Shown here: positions 1 through 6,844 of the stretch, piece after piece
How positions within the stretch are numbered: the stretch's first letter is position 1
Layout: the number at the start of each line of letters is the position of its first letter
Translations under genes and position numbers: made by a program
The notes under the pieces: generated by a model
The model's database searches: none
What the model was told of the DNA's origin: nothing
The model's input: the letters and a program-made list of their open reading frames with translations, nothing else
NCBI GenBank assembly: GCA_964584035.1
Contig: CAZOYL010000088.1
Location: 1-11,326, forward strand
Source: an uncultured Gemmatimonadota bacterium
GTDB taxonomy: Bacteria > SM23-81
Reading direction: 5' to 3'
Length of the DNA stretch: 11,326 nt

Positions 1-1068
1 CAGCGGCCACCAGCTCACCGGGGCCCAGCCCTGACGGAAGAAGCCCCAGTATCCCATGCGTGGATGTACGCCGAATTGATTCGACCAGCTGCCCTTACGA
101 TGAAACATCCCTTCCAGCATGCTCGTCTGGCCGTACTGTTTACGCTCCAGATAGGCCATGAAACGGCCCCAGCTGTCGGGATTATTCTCGTCGATGACCG
201 GGTTCAACATCGATCGTATGGGGATGAAGGCCTGAATCGTGTAGCCTATAAAACCCAGCAGGACCATCCAAAAACAGAAACGCCAGCGCCGACGCGTCGC
301 CTCGTTGCCCGTGATCATCCCCAGGACGCTGATGACCAGGGAGATGAGTATGGCCACCAGGAAGGGATCTCCCAGGGAAACCACCACCAGGCTCAGGGCC
401 GCTGCCACCAGCCAGAATCGCCAGTCCTGCAGCCGATCACGGTCGTTTAAGACGATAAACAGAAATACGGCCGGAGAGATCAAAAAGACGGTCAGGTGCA
501 TGGCAATACCCAGGAACATGATATACACAAGCATCAGCAGGAGACGCTCCCCCCGACCCTGTTCATGAGCCTCCCGCCACTTGAGGCTCAACCACACCAC
601 CAGGATCATCATGAAGGTGGCCGGTCCATAGACCTCCGACTCGACGGTGTTCGACCAGTAGGTGTCGCTGAAAGCCATCCACAGACCGGCTGTCAACCCG
701 CCGATCATGCCGAGCAAACGTCCCCGCCACCCCAGGCCCCCCGCAAACCAGCTTCGGCTGATCCGTTCCACGACCAGACAGAGCATGCCCGCCGCCAGTG
801 CGCCGGTCAGGGCGGAGAGAAAGTTGACCCGTCGGGCCACCGTCTCGAACAGGGGCAAAACGCTGAACAGGCGGCCCAGCAGACTGTATAGCGGCGCTCC
901 CGGAGGATGGGGAATGCCCAGGATGTGCGCGCAGGCGATAAACTCGCCGCAGTCCCAGAAGGAAACCGAGACCGCCATGGTGCGGATATAGACCACCAGG
1001 ACGAACAGAAATACACCTGCAGCTACCGCGCGGTTCATCCATCGTTCTCGTGCGCTTTGTATTTCCAA
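1..1068 (-). CDS. DUF2723 / TMEM260-like polytopic membrane protein, putative GT-C protein O-glycosyltransferase; partial, runs off the left edge
   Basis: Not in the ORF track. Manual translation of the minus frame is open from 1068 to 1 (356 codons, no stop). It contains the family motifs FWDCGEFIACAHILGIPHPPGAPLYSLLGRLF, FSDTYWSNTVESEVY, GIAMHLT and FIPIRSMLNPVIDENNPDSWGRFMAYLERKQYG, plus many hydrophobic helices. Start is TTG at 1068, 8 nt after GGAGG; an in-frame alternative ATG is at 1038. Confidence 0.9.
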   Translation of the reverse strand, partial: MEIQSARERWMNRAVAAGVFLFVLVVYIRTMAVSVSFWDCGEFIACAHILGIPHPPGAPLYSLLGRLFSVLPLFETVARRVNFLSALTGALAAGMLCLVVERISRSWFAGGLGWRGRLLGMIGGLTAGLWMAFSDTYWSNTVESEVYGPATFMMILVVWLSLKWREAHEQGRGERLLLMLVYIMFLGIAMHLTVFLISPAVFLFIVLNDRDRLQDWRFWLVAAALSLVVVSLGDPFLVAILISLVISVLGMITGNEATRRRWRFCFWMVLLGFIGYTIQAFIPIRSMLNPVIDENNPDSWGRFMAYLERKQYGQTSMLEGMFHRKGSWSNQFGVHPRMGYWGFFRQGWAPVSWWPL

Positions 1069-1076
1069 GATTCGAT

Positions 1077-1081
1077 CCTCC
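1077..1081 (-). promoter_or_regulatory. Shine-Dalgarno site (GGAGG) for the DUF2723 gene
   Basis: Minus strand reads GGAGG-atcgaatc-TTG (8 nt spacer). Confidence 0.6.
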
Positions 1082-1106
1082 ACTGTGTCCGAACACGACC
1101 GTGAGT

Positions 1107-2498
1107 TTAAGATGCCGATAGCGACATGGTCTGATTCAGAATTTTTCCCGGATTCATCAGCTGCCCGGGATCAAAAGCCGCTTTCACCTTTCGATGAGCC
1201 TCCATCGTTTGTGAAGACAACTCCCAGGAGAGATAGGGCATCCGGTAGAGCCCGATACCGTGTTCCCCCGTCAGCGTGCCCTGCAGGGACAAAACGGCCC
1301 GATAGACCTCTTCCACCAGGGTTCGGGCCTGTCTTTCCGCTCGCGGGCTGCCGTCGATCATGGTGTTCACATGAATATTCCCATCGCCCAGGTGGCCGAA
1401 GACGATCACTCTCAAGCCGCGGCGGTCGGCGATATCGCCGACCTGATCGAGCAGCCGGCTCACGGCCTCTGGCGGGACGCAGACATCCTGGCTGATCTTC
1501 CGCCGGGCCGTATGAGCCATGGCGGGTGATAAAGCCCGGCGCACCGACCAGATGTCGCCTCGCTCCTCAGGGCGCCAGGCCTGGCGGAGAAAAACGGTTC
1601 CTCCGGCCTTAGCCAGTTCCTCCACCTGGATGACCTCCCGGCCGACCTGCTCCTCCCTGCCGCAGAGCTCCACGATGAGCATGTGACCGTCCTGGGCGGA
1701 CAGATCCGTCAGGCCATGTTCCCGGATACACCCCATCGCATGCTCATCCATGTATTCCAACGCGACCGGCTGTATGCCCTGCTTGAATATCTCCCGTGAA
1801 GTCCGCAGAGCTCCAGCGGCGTCGGCGAACACCAGCAGCAGAGTGCAGACGCTCTCCGGCAGAGGCACAAGACGCAGCGCGATGGTCACGATACAGGCCA
1901 GGGTCCCCTCGGAGCCGACCAGCAGTCCGGTCATATCACAGGATTCCGAGGAGGCAAAATGGCCCGTGCGAAGCAGATGTCCGTCAGCCGTAACCGCCTC
2001 TAAACCTATGACATAATCTCGGGTCGTGCCGAATTTTCGGCCCCGCAGTCCGCCCGCCCCATGAGCGACATTCCCTCCCAGGGTCGACATCCGGGCGCTG
2101 GAGGGGTCGGGAGGATAAAACAGTCCCTGCTGCTCGACCGCTTTTTGAAAATCCCCGGTGATCACGCCCGGTTCCACCAGGCCGATCTTGAGCTCCGGAT
2201 TCACCGACAGGATGCGGTTCATCCTCTCGAAGCTCAGCAGAATTCCGCCCTGAACGCTCAGGGCGCCCCCGGCGCAACCCGTACCAGCCCCCCGCGCCAC
2301 CACCGGAATCCGCTGCCGGTGGGCGAAGCGGATCAGTTCGATGACCTGATCACGGCCCCGGGGAAACACCACCACATCCGGAGCCGCCCCTTTGAGGACG
2401 GCATCGTATCCGTAACAGAGCAAATCCTCCTTGGCGAAGCTGATGTTCTCAGGCTCCAGATACTGCCTTAAATCATTCGCCGCGGCAGCGGATAGCAC
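1107..2498 (-). CDS. glcD: FAD-linked oxidoreductase, GlcD / D-2-hydroxyacid dehydrogenase family (FAD_binding_4 + FAD-oxidase_C), about 463 aa
   Basis: Motifs PDVVVFP, ARGAGTGCAGG, VEPGVITG, FYPPDPSS, STLGGNVA, GSEGTL, DVCVP, FGHLGDGNIH, GTLTGEHGIG and FDP...MNPGKI. Start moved from 2540 to the GTG at 2498, which follows AGGAGGT. The family is clear; the substrate (glycolate, D-lactate or other) is not. Confidence 0.88.
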   Translation of the reverse strand: MLSAAAANDLRQYLEPENISFAKEDLLCYGYDAVLKGAAPDVVVFPRGRDQVIELIRFAHRQRIPVVARGAGTGCAGGALSVQGGILLSFERMNRILSVNPELKIGLVEPGVITGDFQKAVEQQGLFYPPDPSSARMSTLGGNVAHGAGGLRGRKFGTTRDYVIGLEAVTADGHLLRTGHFASSESCDMTGLLVGSEGTLACIVTIALRLVPLPESVCTLLLVFADAAGALRTSREIFKQGIQPVALEYMDEHAMGCIREHGLTDLSAQDGHMLIVELCGREEQVGREVIQVEELAKAGGTVFLRQAWRPEERGDIWSVRRALSPAMAHTARRKISQDVCVPPEAVSRLLDQVGDIADRRGLRVIVFGHLGDGNIHVNTMIDGSPRAERQARTLVEEVYRAVLSLQGTLTGEHGIGLYRMPYLSWELSSQTMEAHRKVKAAFDPGQLMNPGKILNQTMSLSAS

Positions 2499-2952
2499 GC
2501 CGCACCTCCTCCCGGGCCTTTTCCAAGACGTATTTCTCAAATTCTCCCAGGGAAGTAAAGACCCGGTGAGAGAAGAATCTGATGACCCAGTTCTCCTTCA
2601 TGGGAGAGATGGTCCAGATGGTCACACCGCTGCGATAACTTTCCCACATCTCGATGGCCGTTCCGAGACTGGCTTCGGGAAGGTAAGCGATGAGTACATC
2701 GCTCTGTTTGGCCCGGGACACCATCTCCATAAAGGTTGTCTTTCCTTTGTCGAGATCATAATCGATGGAGTTGGGATGCAGATCATAGGGACTGATGATA
2801 TCGGCGTCGGGAAAGATCTTTTTCAATATTCCGGCCAGATGCCCGCGATAGCTCTGATCGCTCAGCCCCCTGCTTGTGGAGCTGCCCTGGATGATTCCGG
2901 CCAGGAAAAAGGTCGGGGGACTTACATTCGTGCTGAAATGATCCTCATTCAT
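2473..2952 (-). CDS. Nucleoside 2-deoxyribosyltransferase-like / DNPH1(Rcl)-like N-glycosidase-fold protein, 159 aa
   Basis: N-terminal FFLAGIIQGS strand, IISP, and SDVLIAYLPEASLGTAIEMW, which matches the D-x-hydrophobic...SxGTxxE catalytic-Glu signature of the N-deoxyribosyltransferase superfamily. The ATG at 2952 overlaps the radC stop (ATGAATGA) and is preferred over the track start at 3009. Confidence 0.72.
   Translation of the reverse strand: MNEDHFSTNVSPPTFFLAGIIQGSSTSRGLSDQSYRGHLAGILKKIFPDADIISPYDLHPNSIDYDLDKGKTTFMEMVSRAKQSDVLIAYLPEASLGTAIEMWESYRSGVTIWTISPMKENWVIRFFSHRVFTSLGEFEKYVLEKAREEVRRAIRCRGE
2504..2510 (-). promoter_or_regulatory. Strong Shine-Dalgarno site (AGGAGGT) for the GlcD-like gene, inside the upstream CDS
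   Basis: Minus strand reads AGGAGGT-gcggc-GTG CTA TCC. Confidence 0.75.
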
Positions 2953-3655
2953 GGCTGAGAAAACCTTTCCGCCGCAAACTGACACATCCATTCCTGGCGA
3001 CGATAACATGGTCCAGCACCTCGATATCCAGGAGCCGGCCCACTTCCATCAGCTGCCGGGTGACCTTGAGGTCCTCGGCGCTGGGCGTAGGATCTCCGGA
3101 AGGATGATTGTGCGCCAGGATGACACCGGCGGCAGAATGCTCGATGGCCGGTCGAAAGACCTCCCGGGGGTGAACCAGGTTCATACTCAGCGTTCCCAGA
3201 GAAATGACCTCATCATGGATGAGACAATTTTTCACATCCACATACAGACCCCGAAAAGCTTCTCTGGTCAATCGCACCATCGATCGCACATGATCGCACA
3301 CGGCATCCGGAGTACACAACTGAAGCCCGTCGGACCGGCAGAAGAAACGCCTGCCGAGCTCGAAGCAGGCCAACGTCTGGCAGGCATGCTGCCGGCTGAT
3401 CCGACAGAGTTCCTGAAGGGTTTCGACCGAACAGCACCGTGGGCCAAAGCCGTCATGATAGACACGCATGATCCGACGCGCTATCGCATCGGCACTCTCC
3501 CCTCCAGACCCTCTGGCCAGCACAATGGCTAAAAGCTCCCGGTCGGCTAACGCCTTTGACCCCAGCTTCTTCAGCCTCTGCCGGAGCCGGTCCTTGAACC
3601 GTCCGTTGCTGAAAACAGATGATGGATGAACCATGTCCTTGGGCCTGTTGTCCAT
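2945..3655 (-). CDS. radC: RadC family protein (UPF0758, JAB/MPN+ domain)
   Basis: N-terminal RLRQRLKKLGSKALADRELLAIVLARG; C-terminal REAF...ISLGTLSMNLVHPREVFRPAI...ILAHNHPSGDPTPSAEDLKVTRQL...LDHVIV with an intact HxHPSG...S..D metal motif. Exact start uncertain (3655 or 3634). Confidence 0.93.
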   Translation of the reverse strand: MDNRPKDMVHPSSVFSNGRFKDRLRQRLKKLGSKALADRELLAIVLARGSGGESADAIARRIMRVYHDGFGPRCCSVETLQELCRISRQHACQTLACFELGRRFFCRSDGLQLCTPDAVCDHVRSMVRLTREAFRGLYVDVKNCLIHDEVISLGTLSMNLVHPREVFRPAIEHSAAGVILAHNHPSGDPTPSAEDLKVTRQLMEVGRLLDIEVLDHVIVARNGCVSLRRKGFLSHE

Positions 3656-3726
3656 CCCTGAAGTCTCACGACATGGAGATCACTGTTGGGGAAAATACGA
3701 TACCTGTTCCGGCAGCACGCTCCGAT

Positions 3727-4266
3727 TCAGATCCGTCGTGGAGCCGGTTTCCTCAGCTTCTTCTGCAGACGCCGGCTGACATCCGGCGTGACGAACTGGC
3801 TGACATCCCCTCCCAGGCGGGCCACCTCTTTGACCACCGTTGAGTTCAAATAGGTGTACTCTTCGCTGGGCATGAGAAATAACGTTTCCACCTGAGATAC
3901 CAGGCTTCTGTTCATAAAGGCCATTCGAAACTCATGCTCCAGATCGCTGACCGCCCGGAGACCACGGATGATGACCGAAATGTTTTTTTCCTGTACATAA
4001 TGGGCCAGAAGACCGGCGAAGGCATCAACCGTCACACCCTCCATCTCCCCGGTGGCCAGGCGAACCATCTCGACCCTTTCCTCCCTGGTGAACAGAGGTT
4101 TCTTCTGGAGATTATCGGCCACCGCCACGATGACGCGATCGAAAAGACGGCAGGCCCGGGAGATGATATCCAGATGCCCCTTGGTGATGGGATCAAAGGA
4201 TCCGGAGAAAACGGCCACTCTTTGTTGTTCAGCCGGATTTTTCGACGAAACAGCTGGAGTTTTCAT
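3727..4266 (-). CDS. coaD: Phosphopantetheine adenylyltransferase
   Basis: GSFDPITKGHLDII (T/HxGH motif), IIRGLRAVSDLEHE, MNR, ETLFL, LNSTVVKEVA. Preceded by TAAGGA, and in the common position directly after rsmD. Confidence 0.96.
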   Translation of the reverse strand: MKTPAVSSKNPAEQQRVAVFSGSFDPITKGHLDIISRACRLFDRVIVAVADNLQKKPLFTREERVEMVRLATGEMEGVTVDAFAGLLAHYVQEKNISVIIRGLRAVSDLEHEFRMAFMNRSLVSQVETLFLMPSEEYTYLNSTVVKEVARLGGDVSQFVTPDVSRRLQKKLRKPAPRRI

Positions 4267-4278
4267 AGCGGATCCTTA

Positions 4279-4839
4279 TCAAACAGTGTCCCCATAGAAG
4301 GATACCATCGTATCCCCAAATCGTCTCTGATCAAGTCGTTCCATCGAACCGAATCGATCCGGAAGCTCGGTCCGCTTGTCGTGCTCGATCACGATCAAGC
4401 CCCGACGAGAAAGAATATCGGCCAGACAGATCCGCCTCAGAAGGGTCTCGATCTGACCGCAGGCATATCCGTAGGGCGGATCGAGCAGCACGATCGCGAA
4501 CTGATACCCCAATTTCTTCAGCCTGGCGATGGCTGAGAGAGCTTTGCTTTTCCAGACCTCCGCCCGGCTGCCCATTTCTGTCCGCTCCAGATTGTCGCTG
4601 ATGAGCCTGACCGCTTCACCGGCCGCATCGACGAACAGAACCGAACGGGCCCCTCGGCTGAGCGCCTCAATGCCCAGGCTCCCCGTCCCGGCAAAAAGAT
4701 CCAGGACCCGGGCATTTCGTACCCGTTCTTCCAGAATGTCAAAGAGAGTTTCCTTAACCCGATCGGCCGTGGGGCGGATACGATCTCCCGTGGGCGCCTT
4801 CAGGCGGCGGCCCTTTGCTTCCCCGGAGATCACTCGCAT
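4279..4839 (-). CDS. rsmD: 16S rRNA (guanine966-N2)-methyltransferase
   Basis: MRVISGEAKGRRL, IRPTADRVKETLF, SAM motif VLDLFAGTGSLGIEALSRGA, LDPPY, IEH. SD GAGGTGA at 4843-4849. Confidence 0.96.
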   Translation of the reverse strand: MRVISGEAKGRRLKAPTGDRIRPTADRVKETLFDILEERVRNARVLDLFAGTGSLGIEALSRGARSVLFVDAAGEAVRLISDNLERTEMGSRAEVWKSKALSAIARLKKLGYQFAIVLLDPPYGYACGQIETLLRRICLADILSRRGLIVIEHDKRTELPDRFGSMERLDQRRFGDTMVSFYGDTV

Positions 4840-4950
4840 GACTCACCTCGATGCCCACGCCGGTATGGCCATGGCTCTCAGACCGCTATTCCGTCCCGCG
4901 CGCCGGCCAGGACACAACACCCTGCTGGCATCAGAATAGGCCGGCTGGCC

Positions 4951-5883
4951 TTAGGGCTCGCGCAGGGCCAGTCCCGTGGCCAGCATGAACTCCGAGGCAC
5001 GAAAAGGATGTTCCAGGTTTTCCTGGTGCTCCAGCCGGTTCCTGAGATCCGGTAGAACGGCCAGTTCCCGAAAGGGATCGGCGAACTCGACCTCGTATTC
5101 CTCCCGGACGGAGAACAGATTGGCCATCTCTCCGAGATGAGAGCTGCCGCCGCTGAGAAGCATTTTCACGCCGGCCGGCCGAGATTCCTTATCGTTCTGG
5201 ATCCTGCCTTTCAGCTGGTCGATGATCCTGCCGATGTCATCCGTCGGCGGGCTCCCCTCCTGCGGTATTTCCACGCTGATGATGCCCTCGGGGATCCCGG
5301 ACCGGGTGGCCACCATGGTGGCGGCATCTTCCTCGATGTTTACCAGCAGAACGGGAAGGTCGTGCAGACCGGGATAATTCGTCTCGAATGCATTTTGCAA
5401 AGCGAGCGGGTCGGCATCCATGATGGATGGCTGAAGCCGAGCGGCATGGAAAAAACGAGCGCGACGACGCACATCCTCCGCTCGGGCGGCCACCAGGAGA
5501 ATATCGAGGAGTTCTGTTTGGTGGGAGTTTAGTTTCTGGTACTCGATAAGATAATCGTCCGGGGAACCTGGAAGATATTGTTGCGCTTCCCATTGCACCC
5601 AATCATCAAGATGATCTGTCTCCGAGCTCTCGACTTGGATCTTTCTCAGATGTACGGCAGACCCGGGAATATTGACCACGATGCGCCCGGCCTTGTTGCC
5701 GGATTTGACGATCCTGCCGATGGTGCCCCGGGAGGTTAGCGGATGAGCAGCATTCCGGGGAAGATGATGCTGCTCGAGAGCCAGCAGTCTGGGACGATCC
5801 TGGCGATGTTCGATGCACACCGCCCGCAGAATCTGACCGCTCAATTCCAGGCCCACGGTGATGTTTTTCCCGGAACGGAGCAT
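4951..5883 (-). CDS. pilM: Type IV pilus assembly protein PilM-like (actin/FtsA fold), divergent and shortened, 310 aa
   Basis: VGLELSGQILRAV (cf. VGLDIG), VNIPGSAVHLRKI, VQWEAQQYLP...YLIEYQ, ILLVAAR, LQPSIMDADPLALQNAF, LLSGGSS, VEFADPF and C-terminal LATGLALR are all PilM hallmarks. Starts 3 nt after the pilin stop. Confidence 0.82.
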   Translation of the reverse strand: MLRSGKNITVGLELSGQILRAVCIEHRQDRPRLLALEQHHLPRNAAHPLTSRGTIGRIVKSGNKAGRIVVNIPGSAVHLRKIQVESSETDHLDDWVQWEAQQYLPGSPDDYLIEYQKLNSHQTELLDILLVAARAEDVRRRARFFHAARLQPSIMDADPLALQNAFETNYPGLHDLPVLLVNIEEDAATMVATRSGIPEGIISVEIPQEGSPPTDDIGRIIDQLKGRIQNDKESRPAGVKMLLSGGSSHLGEMANLFSVREEYEVEFADPFRELAVLPDLRNRLEHQENLEHPFRASEFMLATGLALREP

Positions 5884-5886
5884 ACC

Positions 5887-6270
5887 TCACTTCTTTTCCC
5901 AACTCATCCTGCCGGTGCTGACCAAACCGTGCTCGTTGGGGCAACTGATCGTGTAACTGGTGGAATCGACGGCAGACATGATGTATGGCCGCCCGTCGGT
6001 CGGACAGGTCATGACCGACCCCTGGGGTAAGAGCACGAGGAGACTGTCGGGAACTTCTCCATAGAGACCATGCGTCTCGCGGTAAATATCTTGAACTTCA
6101 GCGAGTTGTGCCATATTCTCGCGACACATCCGGGTCTCTTTTTCCTCTCTGATTTGACTCAGTTGAGGAATCAGCACGGACAGCACCACGGCCACCGAGA
6201 GAATGACGATCAGCAGCCGCCAGAAGACCGAACCGCTTTCACCCTTGACCACAGACCTCAATGGACCCAT
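5887..6270 (-). CDS. Type IV pilin / ComGC-like prepilin with non-canonical class III signal peptide, 127 aa
   Basis: Short leader ending in Gly (MGPLRSVVKGESG), then a hydrophobic helix with Pro at mature position 22, CRENMAQL...Y...HG, CPTDGRPY and SCPNEHG. SD GAGGAGG at 6280-6286. Adjacent to pilM. Confidence 0.75.
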   Translation of the reverse strand: MGPLRSVVKGESGSVFWRLLIVILSVAVVLSVLIPQLSQIREEKETRMCRENMAQLAEVQDIYRETHGLYGEVPDSLLVLLPQGSVMTCPTDGRPYIMSAVDSTSYTISCPNEHGLVSTGRMSWEKK

Positions 6271-6279
6271 AGACCATGA

Positions 6280-6286
6280 CCTCCTC
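6280..6286 (-). promoter_or_regulatory. Shine-Dalgarno site (GAGGAGG) for the pilin-like gene
   Basis: Minus strand reads GAGGAGG-tcatggtct-ATG (9 nt spacer). Confidence 0.75.
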
Positions 6287-6317
6287 TTTGGTCACAGAAA
6301 TAGTTTAGAAGCTCTTT

Positions 6318-6346
6318 ATCATACAACGAATTAAATATGAAGTCAA
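6318..6346 (-). promoter_or_regulatory. Sigma70-type promoter upstream of the pilin-pilM genes
   Basis: Minus strand TTGACT (6346-6341), 17 nt spacer, TATGAT (6323-6318). Each hexamer is 5/6 consensus, preceded by an A/T tract (AAATTTTTA), in the only strongly AT-rich stretch of the window. Confidence 0.8.
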
Positions 6347-6375
6347 TAAAAATTTCCCTTCTCCGCAGACCGGAC

Positions 6376-6798
6376 TCATTTTTTTTGCACGGTCTTCAGG
6401 GTCTCAGCGGAATCGATCGTGATCTGTTCGCGAAGCCGCTGATACATTTTCTCTCCGATCCCTCGAACAGCCATAATATCCTTTGTGCTTGAAAAAGGAC
6501 CGTGCTGGTCGCGATGTTCGATGATCCTCCGGGCCAGATGCGGGCCAATGCCCGAGAGAGATTGGAGCTGCTCCGGAGTGGCGCTATTGATGTCGATAAT
6601 CTCACCCGGCTTCCCATCCCCGGTGTCTAAAGCGATGGCGTCTGAGTGGATTTTTTCAGGGAGTTCCTGAGAGATCAGGGACACCTCCGGCGGCCGCTGT
6701 GGAAAATGATGCCGGATCAACTTGACGGCACAGCCTACCATCAGGGTGGCGATTAAAAAGATGACAATACGTCTTTCCTGTGGTGTGATGCTGAACAT
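6376..6798 (-). CDS. comEA: ComEA family helix-hairpin-helix DNA-binding protein, 140 aa
   Basis: N-terminal membrane anchor (RRIVIFLIATLMVGCAV), a linker, then IDINSATPEQLQSLSGIGPHLARRIIEHRDQHGPFSSTKDIMAVRGIGEKMYQRL with two GIG HhH motifs. Confidence 0.92.
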   Translation of the reverse strand: MFSITPQERRIVIFLIATLMVGCAVKLIRHHFPQRPPEVSLISQELPEKIHSDAIALDTGDGKPGEIIDINSATPEQLQSLSGIGPHLARRIIEHRDQHGPFSSTKDIMAVRGIGEKMYQRLREQITIDSAETLKTVQKK

Positions 6799-6820
6799 GG
6801 TTGTCGTTCCGGCCGCCCGG

Positions 6821-6844
6821 TCGTCAGGAAGGATATCGTCAGGA
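6821..6844. repeat. 9-bp direct repeat TCGTCAGGA x2 (6 nt spacer) in the sprA-comEA intergenic region
   Basis: Exact copies at 6821-6829 and 6836-6844. Confidence 0.5.

Noticed and set aside
563..1096. Minus-strand ORFs 563-1096 and 807-1016 from the track
   Set aside because: Wrong frames. The third minus frame carries the continuous DUF2723 protein, so no frameshift or pseudogene is needed.
2499..2540. Track start of the oxidoreductase at 2540 (and of the NDT-like gene at 3009)
   Set aside because: Both create long overlaps. GTG 2498 has an ideal SD, and ATG 2952 couples to the radC stop.
2945..3655. radC as a marker of a prophage, ICE or defence island
   Set aside because: It is the full-length chromosomal type among housekeeping genes; no integrase, transposase, att repeats or compositional shift were seen.
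6239..6277. Out-of-frame ATG at 6277 opening a 12-codon ORF over the pilin start
   Set aside because: Only 2 nt from the SD, too close for efficient initiation; no evidence for a leader peptide.
6350..6375. Possible terminator after comEA (TCCG-GTCTG-CGGA followed later by a T tract)
   Set aside because: The stem is only 4 bp and is separated from the T tract, which fits better as the upstream element of the promoter.
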